Source of the DNA: Nautiliaceae bacterium
Lineage (GTDB): Bacteria; Campylobacterota; Campylobacteria; Campylobacterales; Nautiliaceae
DNA length: 64,000 nt
Direction: 5' to 3'
Assembly: GCA_039831155.1 (NCBI GenBank)
Contig: JBDONT010000043.1
Location: 1-64,000 of the forward strand
Shown here piece by piece: positions 1 to 10,331 of the stretch (within the stretch, counting starts at the first letter, position 1; each line of letters opens with the position of its first letter). The position numbers were made by a program, and so were the translations under genes. Under the pieces are notes generated by a model that saw only the letters and a list, made by a program, of their open reading frames with translations, did no database searches and was not told where the DNA came from.

Positions 1-68
1 TCTTTACCTCCTATCTTCTTACCTGCTAATAACTCTTTTACCGCTTTTTCAAAATCAAATCTTTCCAT
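1..68 (-). CDS. IS256-family transposase, N-terminal fragment (partial)
   Basis: Hand translation MERFDFEKAVKELLAGKKIGGK resembles IS256 transposase N-termini of the FDFxKALxxLxxGxxLxGKDG type; AAGGA RBS. Confidence 0.7.
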   Translation of the reverse strand, partial: MERFDFEKAVKELLAGKKIGGK

Positions 69-126
69 GTCAGTCCTTTCATTTTTAGTATTTTATCCAG
101 ACTGACACGGAATTTCTAATAGTCCC
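1..126 (-). mobile_element. Left end of an IS256-family insertion sequence (continues beyond window start)
   Basis: Minus strand begins GGGACTATTAGAAATTCCGTGTCAGT (IS256-like terminal repeat) 3 bp after the pfkA stop, followed by an AAGGA RBS and a transposase-like N-terminus; other end not visible. Confidence 0.7.
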
Positions 127-129
127 GCT

Positions 130-1086
130 TTAGACCATTAAGTCTCTTGCCAGGTCTAAGAGCTCTTGTTTGAGTTGGTATTTTGAGGTTACAATCTCTT
201 TTAAATCTCTTAAAATAAATTTATCGTTATAGTAGGTTACTATTTTATTGGGATTTTGAGAGATGTTGTCAATAGCCGTTTTTATAAATTCTGCCGCTCT
301 TAATCTTTCTAATATCGTAGGGTTTCCCCCTCTTTGAATATGTCCTAAAACCGTACTTCTTGCTTCAAATCCTATCTCTTTTTCAAACCATTCTTTAATT
401 TGATTAGTTACGTTTAAGCCTTCTGCCACTATTGCTATAAAATAGCTTCTGCCGTTTTTGATATCTTTTAAATACTTTTCTTTTAGTGTTTCAAGGTTGT
501 AAGGAGCTTCTGGAATTAAACACATTTCAGCTCCGTTTGCTATTGCACTTACAAGAGTCAAATACCCGCACTCTCTTCCCATTGTTTCTATCACAAAAGC
601 TCTTTTAAAGCTGCTTGCCGTATCTCTTATTTCATCAATTGCGTGTCTTATTACGTTCAAAGCCGTATCGACTCCTATAGAATAGTCGTTTAAAGCTATA
701 TCGTTATCTATAGTAGCTGGAATTCCCATAAATTTAATTCCGAACTCTTTGTAAAATATCTCTAAAGCCCTAAAACTTCCATCACCCCCTAAGACTACAA
801 TTGCATCAATTCCCTTTTTTTGAAGGTTTTCAAAAGCTTTTTTTCTATAAGTTTTTTCATACCATCTTTTACTTCTGCTGCTTTTTATTATAGTCCCACC
901 TCTGCTTATTATGCCACTTACATCTTTAAAAGATGCTTTTTTTATTTTATCGTCTATTAATCCTTCTAAGCCTTCATATATAAAATACGGTTGATAATCT
1001 TTTTCTATTGAATATTCAACAAATTTCTTAATTGCCGGGTTCATTCCACTGCTATCCCCACCACTTGTCATAATCGCTATTTTCAT
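130..1086 (-). CDS. pfkA: ATP-dependent 6-phosphofructokinase
   Basis: TSGGDSSGMN, GGDGS, TIDND, ETMGR and LGHIQRGG motifs. Confidence 0.95.
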   Translation of the reverse strand: MKIAIMTSGGDSSGMNPAIKKFVEYSIEKDYQPYFIYEGLEGLIDDKIKKASFKDVSGIISRGGTIIKSSRSKRWYEKTYRKKAFENLQKKGIDAIVVLGGDGSFRALEIFYKEFGIKFMGIPATIDNDIALNDYSIGVDTALNVIRHAIDEIRDTASSFKRAFVIETMGRECGYLTLVSAIANGAEMCLIPEAPYNLETLKEKYLKDIKNGRSYFIAIVAEGLNVTNQIKEWFEKEIGFEARSTVLGHIQRGGNPTILERLRAAEFIKTAIDNISQNPNKIVTYYNDKFILRDLKEIVTSKYQLKQELLDLARDLMV

Positions 1087-1197
1087 TTTGAGCTCTTTTT
1101 TTCTAAATTATACACATAATTTACTTTATTTTTACTTAAAATGTAAATTTATTCTTTTACAGTTTTTATAGTAAAATTTCATAAAAAAAGGATAAAA

Positions 1198-2715
1198 ATG
1201 GCAAGAGCACTACTTAGCGTATCTGATAAAACGGGAATTGTTGATTTTGCAAAACAACTTGTGGATTTAGGATTTGAGATAATTTCAACCGGTGGGACTA
1301 AAAGAATACTTCAAGAAAATGGAATTAAAGCAATTGATATTAGCGAAATTACAAAATTTCCGGAGTGCTTTGGAGGTAGGGTAAAAACTCTTAATCCTTA
1401 TGTTCACGGGGGAATTTTATACAGAAGTGGGATAGATGATGAAGAGGCAAAAAAACTTGAAATTGAGAGAATTGATTTAGTAGCGGTAAATCTATATCCG
1501 TTTAAGGAGACAATTGAGAGAACTGATGATTTTGAAGAAATTATAGAAAATATTGATATTGGTGGACCTACAATGGTTAGAAGTGCTGCTAAAAATTTTA
1601 AAGATGTTTTAATTGTAACAGACCCAGATGATTATGATATGGTAGTTGAGGCTATAAGAGAGGGTAAAGACAGCTATGAATTTAGAAGAGATTTGATGAT
1701 AAAAGCTTATGAGCATACGGCTGCATATGATAGTATGATTGCAAATTATATGAATGAAAGATTTAATGGTGGATTTGGAGATAAAAGATTTATTGTTGGA
1801 AAAAGAGTATTTAATACAAGATATGGGGAAAACCCTCATCAAAGAGGTGCTTTATATGAATTTGAAGACTTCTACAAAGGTCTTAGAACTCTAAAAGGTG
1901 AAGCAAGCTTTAATAACTTAACTGATATTAACGGAGCCGTTAAGATTGCCGTTAGTCTTGGAAAAGGTGCTATTAGTATCATAAAACACGCAAATCCGTG
2001 TGGAGCAGCTAAAAAAGATGACCTTGTGACTACTTGGCAAAAAGCACTTGAATGTGACCCTATTAGTGCATATGGTGGTGTTGTAGCGGTAAATGGAGTG
2101 GTTACAAAAGAATTGGCAGAAGAGATTAATAAAATTTTTGTTGAAGTATTAATTGCAGGGACTATTACGGAAGAAGCTATAAAAGTATTTGAGAATAAAA
2201 AAAGAATTAAACTATTTGACCTTGGAAAATCTCATTTAGAAATTCCTGGGGATATGTGGGATTTTAAACATATTGAAGGGGGATTTGTATTCCAAGATTC
2301 TGATAGGGTAGAAGAAGATGAAGTAGCAAATGCAAAATGTGTAACAGAAGTTTGTGTAGATGATAAGACTGATTTAGAGATGGCGTGGAAAATTGCAGCA
2401 CTTACAAAAAGCAATTGTGTTGTATTTGTAAAAGATTCTCAAATGGTAGCAATTGGTATGGGAATGACAAGTAGAGTTGATGCAACAAGATGTGCAGTTG
2501 AAAAGGCTAAATCTCTTGGACTTGATATAAAAGGAAGTTCCCTTGCAAGTGAAGCATTTTTTCCTTTTAGAGATAGTGTAGATTATGCAGCAGAAGTTGG
2601 AGTAAAAGCGATTATTCAACCGGGTGGAAGTATTAGAGATGATGAAGTAATTCAAGCGGCAAATGAAGCTAAAATTGCAATGTACTTCACAGGAAAAAGA
2701 CATTTTCTTCACTAA
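1198..2715 (+). CDS. purH: Bifunctional AICAR formyltransferase/IMP cyclohydrolase
   Basis: [48 protein letters not shown]. Confidence 0.98.
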   Translation: MARALLSVSDKTGIVDFAKQLVDLGFEIISTGGTKRILQENGIKAIDISEITKFPECFGGRVKTLNPYVHGGILYRSGIDDEEAKKLEIERIDLVAVNLYPFKETIERTDDFEEIIENIDIGGPTMVRSAAKNFKDVLIVTDPDDYDMVVEAIREGKDSYEFRRDLMIKAYEHTAAYDSMIANYMNERFNGGFGDKRFIVGKRVFNTRYGENPHQRGALYEFEDFYKGLRTLKGEASFNNLTDINGAVKIAVSLGKGAISIIKHANPCGAAKKDDLVTTWQKALECDPISAYGGVVAVNGVVTKELAEEINKIFVEVLIAGTITEEAIKVFENKKRIKLFDLGKSHLEIPGDMWDFKHIEGGFVFQDSDRVEEDEVANAKCVTEVCVDDKTDLEMAWKIAALTKSNCVVFVKDSQMVAIGMGMTSRVDATRCAVEKAKSLGLDIKGSSLASEAFFPFRDSVDYAAEVGVKAIIQPGGSIRDDEVIQAANEAKIAMYFTGKRHFLH

Positions 2716-2746
2716 TTCTTCTTTTTTCTTTTTTTAAAGGATTTGA

Positions 2747-3421
2747 ATGATTGATTGTAAAAAACATATTTTTATTACTTTTTTTCTTATAGTGTTTATT
2801 ATACTTCTATTTGCATACACTAATATAGATGAGTACATTCAAAATTTTTTTTATGATTTTCAACATCATAAATGGATTTTAGATAGAAATCTTCAGCCTT
2901 GGAAGTTTATTTTTTATGACGGAATAAAAAAGATACTTATATTTATTGGTGTTTTGTTTTTATTTGTTCTTTTTACGGATAAATTTAAAGAATATAAAAA
3001 AGGGATTTTAGTAGTTTTATTAAGTGGTGTTTTGGTGCCGATAGTTATAGGGGGGCTTAAAAAAGCTACTAATATGCCATGTCCTAAAAATAGAATAGAA
3101 TACGGTGGAATTTATCCTAAAACCAAAGTATGGGAACATTATCCTAAAAATTTTCATGCAAAAAGAGTTAAATGCTGGCCGGCCGGTCACGCGAGTGGAG
3201 GTTTTGCTTTAATGAGTCTGTTTTTTTTATTTAAAATAAGAAAAAACAGATATATAGGTCTTGGGATTGGAATTGTTTTGGGATGGTTAATGGGTATTTA
3301 TAAAATGTTAATAGGAGACCATTTTTTATCACATACTATGTTGACTATGGAGATGGCCTGGTTTATTATTGTGCTAATTGCGTGTATGATTTTAGATGAT
3401 AGATATTTTGAAAGGAACTAA
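2747..3421 (+). CDS. PAP2-family membrane phosphatase
   Basis: KxxxxxxCP, PAGHAS and GDHFLSH motifs with TM helices. Confidence 0.85.
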   Translation: MIDCKKHIFITFFLIVFIILLFAYTNIDEYIQNFFYDFQHHKWILDRNLQPWKFIFYDGIKKILIFIGVLFLFVLFTDKFKEYKKGILVVLLSGVLVPIVIGGLKKATNMPCPKNRIEYGGIYPKTKVWEHYPKNFHAKRVKCWPAGHASGGFALMSLFFLFKIRKNRYIGLGIGIVLGWLMGIYKMLIGDHFLSHTMLTMEMAWFIIVLIACMILDDRYFERN

Positions 3422-3856
3422 ATGTTAGAATCTATTATTAACCATCAAAAAGAGCTTAAAGAACTTTTTGAGAAAATGGATTTTTTAAGAGAAAATTTTG
3501 ACTTTGGTAATTCGAACACTTTTTTGGATGAATTAAAAGATTTTGCAAAAGAGATGAAAAAAGAGTTTGAATATCATTTTAATTTACAAATCTATTCAGT
3601 AGGTACGAATCCTAAAGTAGAACATTTAGTTAAGGAAAATCTTCTTGTTAGAGATATGCTTTTTAGAATGCTTGATTTTATTATTCTTAAAGCAAAAGAG
3701 GGAAATGTTGATGCTTTTATGAAATTTGACGATTTTGAAGAGATTTTTAGAGCGTATCTGAAAAAAGAAAAAGGACTTTTTATTCAAAATATAGAATCCG
3801 AACTTAGTGAAGATGAGATAAAAGAGATTGAAAAGAAACTTAACGCTTTAGTATAA
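3422..3856 (+). CDS. Hypothetical protein, possibly a degenerate hemerythrin-like four-helix bundle
   Basis: Helical protein with H..., HF and KExxLF-like pattern; AAGGA RBS. Confidence 0.5.
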   Translation: MLESIINHQKELKELFEKMDFLRENFDFGNSNTFLDELKDFAKEMKKEFEYHFNLQIYSVGTNPKVEHLVKENLLVRDMLFRMLDFIILKAKEGNVDAFMKFDDFEEIFRAYLKKEKGLFIQNIESELSEDEIKEIEKKLNALV

Positions 3857-3906
3857 CTTGCAAAAACATCTTTTTTATGATAAATTGCACCCAAAAAGGA
3901 GAAACG

Positions 3907-4170
3907 ATGGATTGGTTTGATGAAAATAAAACGCCAAAAGAGAAGTTTTTTGAAATTGTTTATAACGCTAACAAAAACTTAGTAATAGAAGAACTTGAAG
4001 AGGTTTTTAAGAGATTAGCCGCACTTGAGATAATTGCCGAGGAGTGTATAGGAGATGAGGTTGAGCAGAAAATTAACGAAATCGTATTTTCAAAAAGCGA
4101 TGAATTAGAATCTGTTGAAACTGATTTATACATTCATACGATGGCTAATATTTTAACGAAAAATGAGTAA
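3907..4170 (+). CDS. DUF2018-family protein
   Basis: TPKEKFFEIVYNAN pattern typical of the Campylobacterota gene upstream of ispB; start reset to the ATG after AAGGAG. Confidence 0.75.
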   Translation: MDWFDENKTPKEKFFEIVYNANKNLVIEELEEVFKRLAALEIIAEECIGDEVEQKINEIVFSKSDELESVETDLYIHTMANILTKNE

Positions 4171-4531
4171 ATTTTTTCTTTTTTTCCCTCTTTTTTTGTA
4201 TTCGCTGACTTTTCCTTATACGGTTGAGCTTAAAAAAGATGAAACGATATCCTTTGAAGTTACTTATTTAAAAAATATCTACCCTTTTAATCTTAGATGG
4301 ACTCTTTTTAAAAATAATGTTTTAACCGTTCTTTACAGATATGATAATTTTCCAAGACAAATAACCCTTTATAAAGACTACCCTCTAAACGCTTTTAAAG
4401 TACCTATTGTTAAAATTCCGGATAATTATCCCTATTTTTATATTGTCTTTAAAGATTTTAATGGTAAAATAGCGACATTTGATATTTATTTAAAAAACGG
4501 AAAAAAAGTAGTTGTAAAGGTTAACGAATGA
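4163..4531 (+). CDS. Exported hypothetical protein
   Basis: Signal-peptide-like N-terminus; LRWTLF motif; overlaps both neighbours. Confidence 0.6.
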   Translation: MSKFFLFFPLFLYSLTFPYTVELKKDETISFEVTYLKNIYPFNLRWTLFKNNVLTVLYRYDNFPRQITLYKDYPLNAFKVPIVKIPDNYPYFYIVFKDFNGKIATFDIYLKNGKKVVVKVNE

Positions 4532-5391
4532 AATTTTTTGAAATTATGGATGATATGTTTAGCGAATTTGAGGAATATAAGGATATCCAAAAAGGAAAAG
4601 GGATAAGAGGGAGGCTAATTACTATAATTAATCCGTCTGCTCAAAAACTAGCGGCAGTAGTGGAGTCTATTCATTTGGCAAGTTTGCTCCACGATGACGT
4701 AATAGATGAAGCCGATATGAGAAGAGGGGTTAAGTCTATAAACGCTAAATACGGCGAACATACGGCTGTAATGCTTGGAGATATAGTTTATTCAAAAGCT
4801 TTTTTCGAGCTTATAGATTTTGGAGAGGAAATTGCAAAAACCGTTTCAAATGCTGTTTTTTTATTGTCTCAAGGGGAACTTGAAGATGTGAAATTAAGTA
4901 AAGATATAAATTTGGATAAAGATAAATATATGCAGATGATTTATAAAAAAACAGCCTCTTTAATTGAAGCCGTTTGTAAGGCTGCGGCTATTACCAAAGG
5001 GTACGATAAAGAAAAATTCGCCTTGTACGGGAAAAATATAGGAATTGCGTTTCAGATAATTGACGATTTGTTGGATATTACGCAAGATGAAAAAACGCTT
5101 GGAAAACCTAGTATGGCAGATTTTTTTGAGGGTAAAACTACATTGCCTTATATTTATCTTTTTGAAGTTCTAGAAGACGAAGATAAAAAAACGTTAAAAT
5201 CTTTTTATAAGAAAAAATTGAATGAATCTCAAAAAGAGTGGATAAAAAATAAAATGAACGAATACGGGATTTTAAAAAGATGTTATGAAGAGGCGTTTTT
5301 ACTTGTAAATAGAGCTAAAGAAGCGATAAAAGAGTATAAAATATCGGAACTTGAAAAAATAGCCGATAAAGTGGTTAAAAGAGAGTTTTAA
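4528..5391 (+). CDS. ispB: Polyprenyl (octaprenyl) diphosphate synthase
   Basis: HDDVID..RRG and FQIIDDLLD motifs, KTA. Confidence 0.9.
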   Translation: MKFFEIMDDMFSEFEEYKDIQKGKGIRGRLITIINPSAQKLAAVVESIHLASLLHDDVIDEADMRRGVKSINAKYGEHTAVMLGDIVYSKAFFELIDFGEEIAKTVSNAVFLLSQGELEDVKLSKDINLDKDKYMQMIYKKTASLIEAVCKAAAITKGYDKEKFALYGKNIGIAFQIIDDLLDITQDEKTLGKPSMADFFEGKTTLPYIYLFEVLEDEDKKTLKSFYKKKLNESQKEWIKNKMNEYGILKRCYEEAFLLVNRAKEAIKEYKISELEKIADKVVKREF

Positions 5392-6043
5392 TCTCTTCAA
5401 AAAGTTTTTTATAAATCTTTGCCTCTTTAGCGTTTGGGTATTGTTCTATTATGCTCATTTTACTAAACGGCATAGCTTCTATCAAATCGCTTTTTGGGAT
5501 GTATGTTTTTAGGTATTGAGAAGAGGGGAGTTTTAAAACGGCTTTAATTACCTGTTTGTGTAAGGGTTTGTTTTCCACTCTGTTTAAGAAAAGACGAATA
5601 TTTTTATTTAGTTTTGTTTTTATGAGCTGATTGTATGTTCTAAGCGATAAGATGTTCGGTAGAATCGGAACTATTACGATATCTGAAGATATTAAAATTT
5701 TTTGAGTGAGTTCGTTTAAGGTAGCCGGTGAATCTATAATTACAAATTTGTAGTTTTTATTTAGGATGTTTAGAAGTTGAGGCAGTTTTGAGCTTTCTTT
5801 TAATGTTATATCAGCCGGAATAATGTCTAAATTTTTATACTGGGTTTTTTTTATCGTTTTTTCGATAGGCTTTGTAAATATGTATCTTTTTTTCGGTTTT
5901 TTATTAAAAAAATAACTACTTGCCCCTTGCGAGTCTAGGTCTATAAGAAGGGTTTTCCCCTCTTTCCTTGCCAGTGACGCTAAATTTACGGATGTGGAGC
6001 TTTTGCCTACACCACCTTTTATATTATAAAGAGAAATAATCAA
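5375..6043 (-). CDS. ParA-family ATPase (orphan)
   Basis: Deviant Walker A KGGVGKS, IDLDSQG, IIDSP; probable TTG start at 6043 behind AAAGGA. Confidence 0.85.
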   Translation of the reverse strand: MIISLYNIKGGVGKSSTSVNLASLARKEGKTLLIDLDSQGASSYFFNKKPKKRYIFTKPIEKTIKKTQYKNLDIIPADITLKESSKLPQLLNILNKNYKFVIIDSPATLNELTQKILISSDIVIVPILPNILSLRTYNQLIKTKLNKNIRLFLNRVENKPLHKQVIKAVLKLPSSQYLKTYIPKSDLIEAMPFSKMSIIEQYPNAKEAKIYKKLFEEIKTLF

Positions 6044-6104
6044 ATTAATATCCTTTAAGGGCTTTAGCTTTTGATATAATATCAAAAACCCTCTGGAGAT
6101 TCAA

Positions 6105-7010
6105 ATGAAAGAGATTAATATAAACGAACTTCATAATCCCGAGTATGTGCTTGTCGGCAATAAAAAGATGAATTTAAACGATTTGATAAACGAATATGTG
6201 GAACTTAAAAAAAGAAATAAAAAAGCCGTAAAAAAATATATGCAAGAACAAGAACTAAAACCTTATCAAGCCGAGCTTATAAAAATGCAAAAGTATCTTG
6301 AAGATACTCAAAAAAGAATGATAGTTTTGTTTGAGGGAAGAGACGCGGCCGGAAAAGGTGGGACTATTAGACGTATTGTTAGGTATATGAATGAAAAACA
6401 CTACAGAGTTGTAGCCCTTGGTAAACCTAGTGACGTTCAAAAAACCCAATGGTATTTTCAAAGATACGTAGAGCAGTTTCCCAGAGGTGGGGAGATTGTT
6501 TTTTTTGATAGAAGCTGGTACAACAGAGCTATGGTTGAGCCGGTTTTCGGATTTTGTACGAAAGAGCAGTATGAGACGTTTATGCAAGAAGTTCCGATGT
6601 TTGAGAAGTCTTTGGTAATGGAGGGGACTGTTTTGGTTAAAATTTATCTCTCAATTTCAAAAGAAGAACAAGCCAAAAGATTTGAAAAAAGAAGAAGAGA
6701 CCCTCTTAGACAGTGGAAATTAAGCGAAATTGATCTTCAAGCCCAGGATAAATGGGATGAGTTTACGGAAATGAAATATAAAATGCTAAAAGCAACCCAC
6801 ACCCACTACGCTCCCTGGACGGTTATAAGAAGCGATAACAAACACTTAGCAAGACTTAACGCTATGAAGGTTATTTTAAACGCAGTAGATTATCCGGACA
6901 GAAACGAAGAGCTTGACTATGTACCGGATGAGGGAATAGTTGTAAGTGGTGCGAGAGAGATTGAGATAATGGAAGCAGATAGAATCAGAAGTGGTAAATT
7001 TGTAAGTTAA
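6105..7010 (+). CDS. ppk2: Polyphosphate kinase 2
   Basis: FEGRDAAGKGG, FDRSWYNR, WKLS..D motifs. Confidence 0.96.
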   Translation: MKEININELHNPEYVLVGNKKMNLNDLINEYVELKKRNKKAVKKYMQEQELKPYQAELIKMQKYLEDTQKRMIVLFEGRDAAGKGGTIRRIVRYMNEKHYRVVALGKPSDVQKTQWYFQRYVEQFPRGGEIVFFDRSWYNRAMVEPVFGFCTKEQYETFMQEVPMFEKSLVMEGTVLVKIYLSISKEEQAKRFEKRRRDPLRQWKLSEIDLQAQDKWDEFTEMKYKMLKATHTHYAPWTVIRSDNKHLARLNAMKVILNAVDYPDRNEELDYVPDEGIVVSGAREIEIMEADRIRSGKFVS

Positions 7011-7019
7011 GGAGAAAAT

Positions 7020-8006
7020 ATGACAAAAGAGAAAGCAAGAGAAGTTTTTGAGAAATTATTTAAAAATGAACTAAGTGAAGAAGAAGCAAAAGAACTTTTA
7101 GTTTCTTTATACCAAAAAGGGGAAACGCCGGCTGAAATTGCCGCTGCCGCAGAAGTTATGAGAGAGTACTCCGTTAAACTTCCGGTAAGCAAAGAACTTC
7201 AAGAAAAACTTATAGATATAGTGGGTACCGGGGGAGATAAATCAAACAGTTTTAATATCTCTTCTACTACGGCACTTTTAGTAAGTGCTATAGGGTGCTA
7301 TGTGGCAAAACACGGAAACAGAAGCATAACAAGTAAATCTGGAAGTGCCGATATGCTTGAAGCTCTTGGAATAAATCTTAATTTAACTCCCGAAAATCAA
7401 GTAAAAATGCTAGAAGCTGTCAGATTTACTTTTATATTTGCAATAAACCACCACCCGGCTATGAAACATATTATGCCTATTAGAAAGTCTCTTAATCATA
7501 GAACAATTTTTAATATCCTAGGGCCTCTTACAAATCCGGCCGGGGCTAAGAAATATCTTTTGGGAGTGTTTTCTCCCGAGTTTATCGAGCCTATTGCCAC
7601 TGCACTTACCCTTATGGATGTAAAAAGTGCAATGGTCGTAAGCAGTGAAGACGGAATGGATGAAATTAGTATAGCAGCACCTACCAAAGCTATTTATTAT
7701 GACGGTATGAGAATGAGAGATATGGTAATTAATCCTAAAACTTACGGTATAAACGGGAGTAAAGAGGATTTAATAGGAGGAGATGCCAAAGAGAATGCCA
7801 AAATTACAAGAGGTATTTTAAGTGGGGAGATAAAAGGTCCAAAAAGGGATGCCGTTTTATTAAACGCTGCGGCTAGTCTTTTTGTAGATAAAAAAGTAAA
7901 TTCAATTGAAGAGGGGCTTAAAGTTGCAGCCGAAACGATAGATAGTAAAAAAGCGATAAATCATCTTGAAAAAATTATTGAAATATCTAAAAAGCTTGGA
8001 AAATGA
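7020..8006 (+). CDS. trpD: Anthranilate phosphoribosyltransferase
   Basis: DIVGTGGD, NISST, KHGNRS, LGPLTNP, GMDEIS. Confidence 0.96.
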   Translation: MTKEKAREVFEKLFKNELSEEEAKELLVSLYQKGETPAEIAAAAEVMREYSVKLPVSKELQEKLIDIVGTGGDKSNSFNISSTTALLVSAIGCYVAKHGNRSITSKSGSADMLEALGINLNLTPENQVKMLEAVRFTFIFAINHHPAMKHIMPIRKSLNHRTIFNILGPLTNPAGAKKYLLGVFSPEFIEPIATALTLMDVKSAMVVSSEDGMDEISIAAPTKAIYYDGMRMRDMVINPKTYGINGSKEDLIGGDAKENAKITRGILSGEIKGPKRDAVLLNAAASLFVDKKVNSIEEGLKVAAETIDSKKAINHLEKIIEISKKLGK

Positions 8007-8401
8007 TAGAAGTAAAAGAGATAAAAGATTTACAAAAAGTGATTGATTGTATAAAAAAATCGGGTAAAAATATTATTATTTTAAGTGGAACGCTTGGAAG
8101 TGGAAAGACGACTTTGGTTAAAGAGTTTGTAAAGAGTTTGGGTGTGGATGATAAAGTAACTTCTCCAACTTTTGCCATTCAAAATATTTATGATAACAAG
8201 GTTTTTCATTACGATTTGTATAATAAAGGGTTGAATGAATTTTTGTCTCTTGGAATGATTGAGGAGCTTGAAAAAGAAGGGTATCATTTTATTGAATGGG
8301 GAGAGGAGTTAAAGGATATTTTAGATATGTACGGATTTGAATATATGATAATTAAAATATCTTTAGAAGGAGATAGAAGGATTTTTGAATGTCAAGGTTA
8401 G
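8003..8401 (+). CDS. tsaE: tRNA t6A biosynthesis ATPase
   Basis: GTLGSGKTT, SPTF, HYDLY, IEW. Confidence 0.93.
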   Translation: MIEVKEIKDLQKVIDCIKKSGKNIIILSGTLGSGKTTLVKEFVKSLGVDDKVTSPTFAIQNIYDNKVFHYDLYNKGLNEFLSLGMIEELEKEGYHFIEWGEELKDILDMYGFEYMIIKISLEGDRRIFECQG

Positions 8402-9108
8402 TGGCTAAAAATTTAAAAAAAGCTTTTAAAAAAAATTTAATTATAAAAGGTGTTTCACTTGAAGTAAAAAGAGGAGAGGTTGTGGGGCTTCTTGGTCCAA
8501 ATGGTGCCGGGAAAACGACTTCTTTTTATCTTATTTGTGGGCTTTTGGTTCCGGATGAGGGGGAGGTGCTTCTTGATGGAAAGGATATAACAAAACTTCC
8601 GCTTCATAAAAAAGCCCGTTTAGGGATAGGGTATCTTCCTCAAGAGAGTTCGGTTTTTAGGGATTTAAGTGTTGAAGATAACCTATATATAGTAGCAGAG
8701 CAGTTTTACGATAAAAAAGAACAAAACAGAATTGTTGAGGATTTATTGGAAAAGTTTAATATCGAACCTATTAGAAAAAGAAAAGGGATTAGTTTAAGTG
8801 GTGGGGAGAGAAGAAGGGTTGAGATAGCGAGGGCTCTTGTGCCTAAGCCTAAGTTTTTGTTTTTGGACGAACCTTTTGCCGGAGTTGACCCGGTTAACGT
8901 AAACGATATTAAAAATTTGGTTGAGTTTTTAGCTAAAGACGATATAGGGGTAATTATCACAGACCATAACGTAAGGGAGACTTTGTCTATTTGTAACAGG
9001 GCTTATGTTTTAAAAGAGGGTATGATTTTAACCCAAGGCGATGCAAACCATATAGTAAATCACCGTGAGGTTAAAAAACACTATTTGGGAGAAGATTTTA
9101 AATTATGA
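8389..9108 (+). CDS. lptB: LPS export ABC ATPase
   Basis: GPNGAGKTT, LSGGERRRVEIARAL, DEPFAGVDP, ITDHNVRETL. Confidence 0.96.
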   Translation: MSRLVAKNLKKAFKKNLIIKGVSLEVKRGEVVGLLGPNGAGKTTSFYLICGLLVPDEGEVLLDGKDITKLPLHKKARLGIGYLPQESSVFRDLSVEDNLYIVAEQFYDKKEQNRIVEDLLEKFNIEPIRKRKGISLSGGERRRVEIARALVPKPKFLFLDEPFAGVDPVNVNDIKNLVEFLAKDDIGVIITDHNVRETLSICNRAYVLKEGMILTQGDANHIVNHREVKKHYLGEDFKL

Positions 9109-10331
9109 AACTGAAAACCAAAGTTTCAAATAAACTCTCAACCAAACTTATAAGTTTTTTGCCTATTTTAAAAGCAAATGCAGATGAATTGTTTGAAGAG
9201 ATAAAAGAGATAAGTAAAGAAAATCCTTATATTGAAGTCAGAAATAAAAGATTTGTAACGGTCAGTAATTTAAAAAACGCAAACACTAATGAAATAGAGG
9301 CTTTAAGCGTAGCTAAAAAAAGTCTGTATGAAAGTTTGATAGAACAAATCGAAAATTCTAATCTTTTTCCTACTTCCAAATCGAAAAGAGTCGCTTTTGA
9401 GATTTTAAAAGATATAAATACGGAAGGGTTTTTTGAAGGGGATGAAAAAGAGATAGCAAAGAGAGTGGGGATAAAAGAGGAAGAAGTTAAGAAAATAAGA
9501 GAACGATTTATTTATCTTAGTCCTCCTGGAGTGGGGGCTAAGGATTTAAAGGAGTGTATGCTTTTTCAGCTTCATAATTTGGAAATTGAAGATGATGTGT
9601 TTCAACTTGCAAAAGAGATGATTGAATATCTTGAAAATTTAAGTAAATTTTCAAAAGAGAAATATTTTCAAAAAGCGTTGGAAGTTATAAAACAGCTTAG
9701 GGTCTTGCCGGCTATGGAGTATATAAAAGATGAAGAGATAATTCCGGAGATTATTGTTTTGAATAAAGACGGAGAGCTTGAGATTAGAATAAACGATGAG
9801 CATTATCCGGAAGTGGATGTAAAAGCCCCGGATGAAAAAAGTGCGTTTTCAAAAGAGAAATTTAAAGAAGCGAGAAACATCATAGACGCACTTGAGATGA
9901 GAAAAGCCACTTTAAAAAAGATAGCTTTAATGATAGTTGAGCTTCAGTATGAGTTTTTTCAAGGGGGAGTTATCCGTCCTATGAAAATTAAGGATTTGGC
10001 AGACGAACTTGAGTATGCCCCTTCTACGATAAGCCGGGCTATTGCCAATAAATATCTTTTGTGCGATAGAGGGATTATTCCTCTTAAAAGCTTTTTTTCC
10101 ACGGCTTTGGATGAGGATGTTTCGGCAAATCAAATAAAAGAGGAGATAAAAAGATTAATTAAACAAGAAGACAAATCAAAACCTCTAAGCGATGAGAAAC
10201 TTACTCAAATTATTAATCAAAAATATAATTTAAACCTTGTAAGAAGGACTGTTTCAAAGTATAGGGACCATTTGAAAATTCCTACTAGCAGGGAGAGAAA
10301 AAGGCTTTATAAATTGGGAGTCGATATTTAA
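9105..10331 (+). CDS. rpoN: RNA polymerase sigma-54 factor
   Basis: PPGVGA, STISRA HTH, RpoN box RRTVSKYR; follows lptB. Confidence 0.93.
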   Translation: MKLKTKVSNKLSTKLISFLPILKANADELFEEIKEISKENPYIEVRNKRFVTVSNLKNANTNEIEALSVAKKSLYESLIEQIENSNLFPTSKSKRVAFEILKDINTEGFFEGDEKEIAKRVGIKEEEVKKIRERFIYLSPPGVGAKDLKECMLFQLHNLEIEDDVFQLAKEMIEYLENLSKFSKEKYFQKALEVIKQLRVLPAMEYIKDEEIIPEIIVLNKDGELEIRINDEHYPEVDVKAPDEKSAFSKEKFKEARNIIDALEMRKATLKKIALMIVELQYEFFQGGVIRPMKIKDLADELEYAPSTISRAIANKYLLCDRGIIPLKSFFSTALDEDVSANQIKEEIKRLIKQEDKSKPLSDEKLTQIINQKYNLNLVRRTVSKYRDHLKIPTSRERKRLYKLGVDI

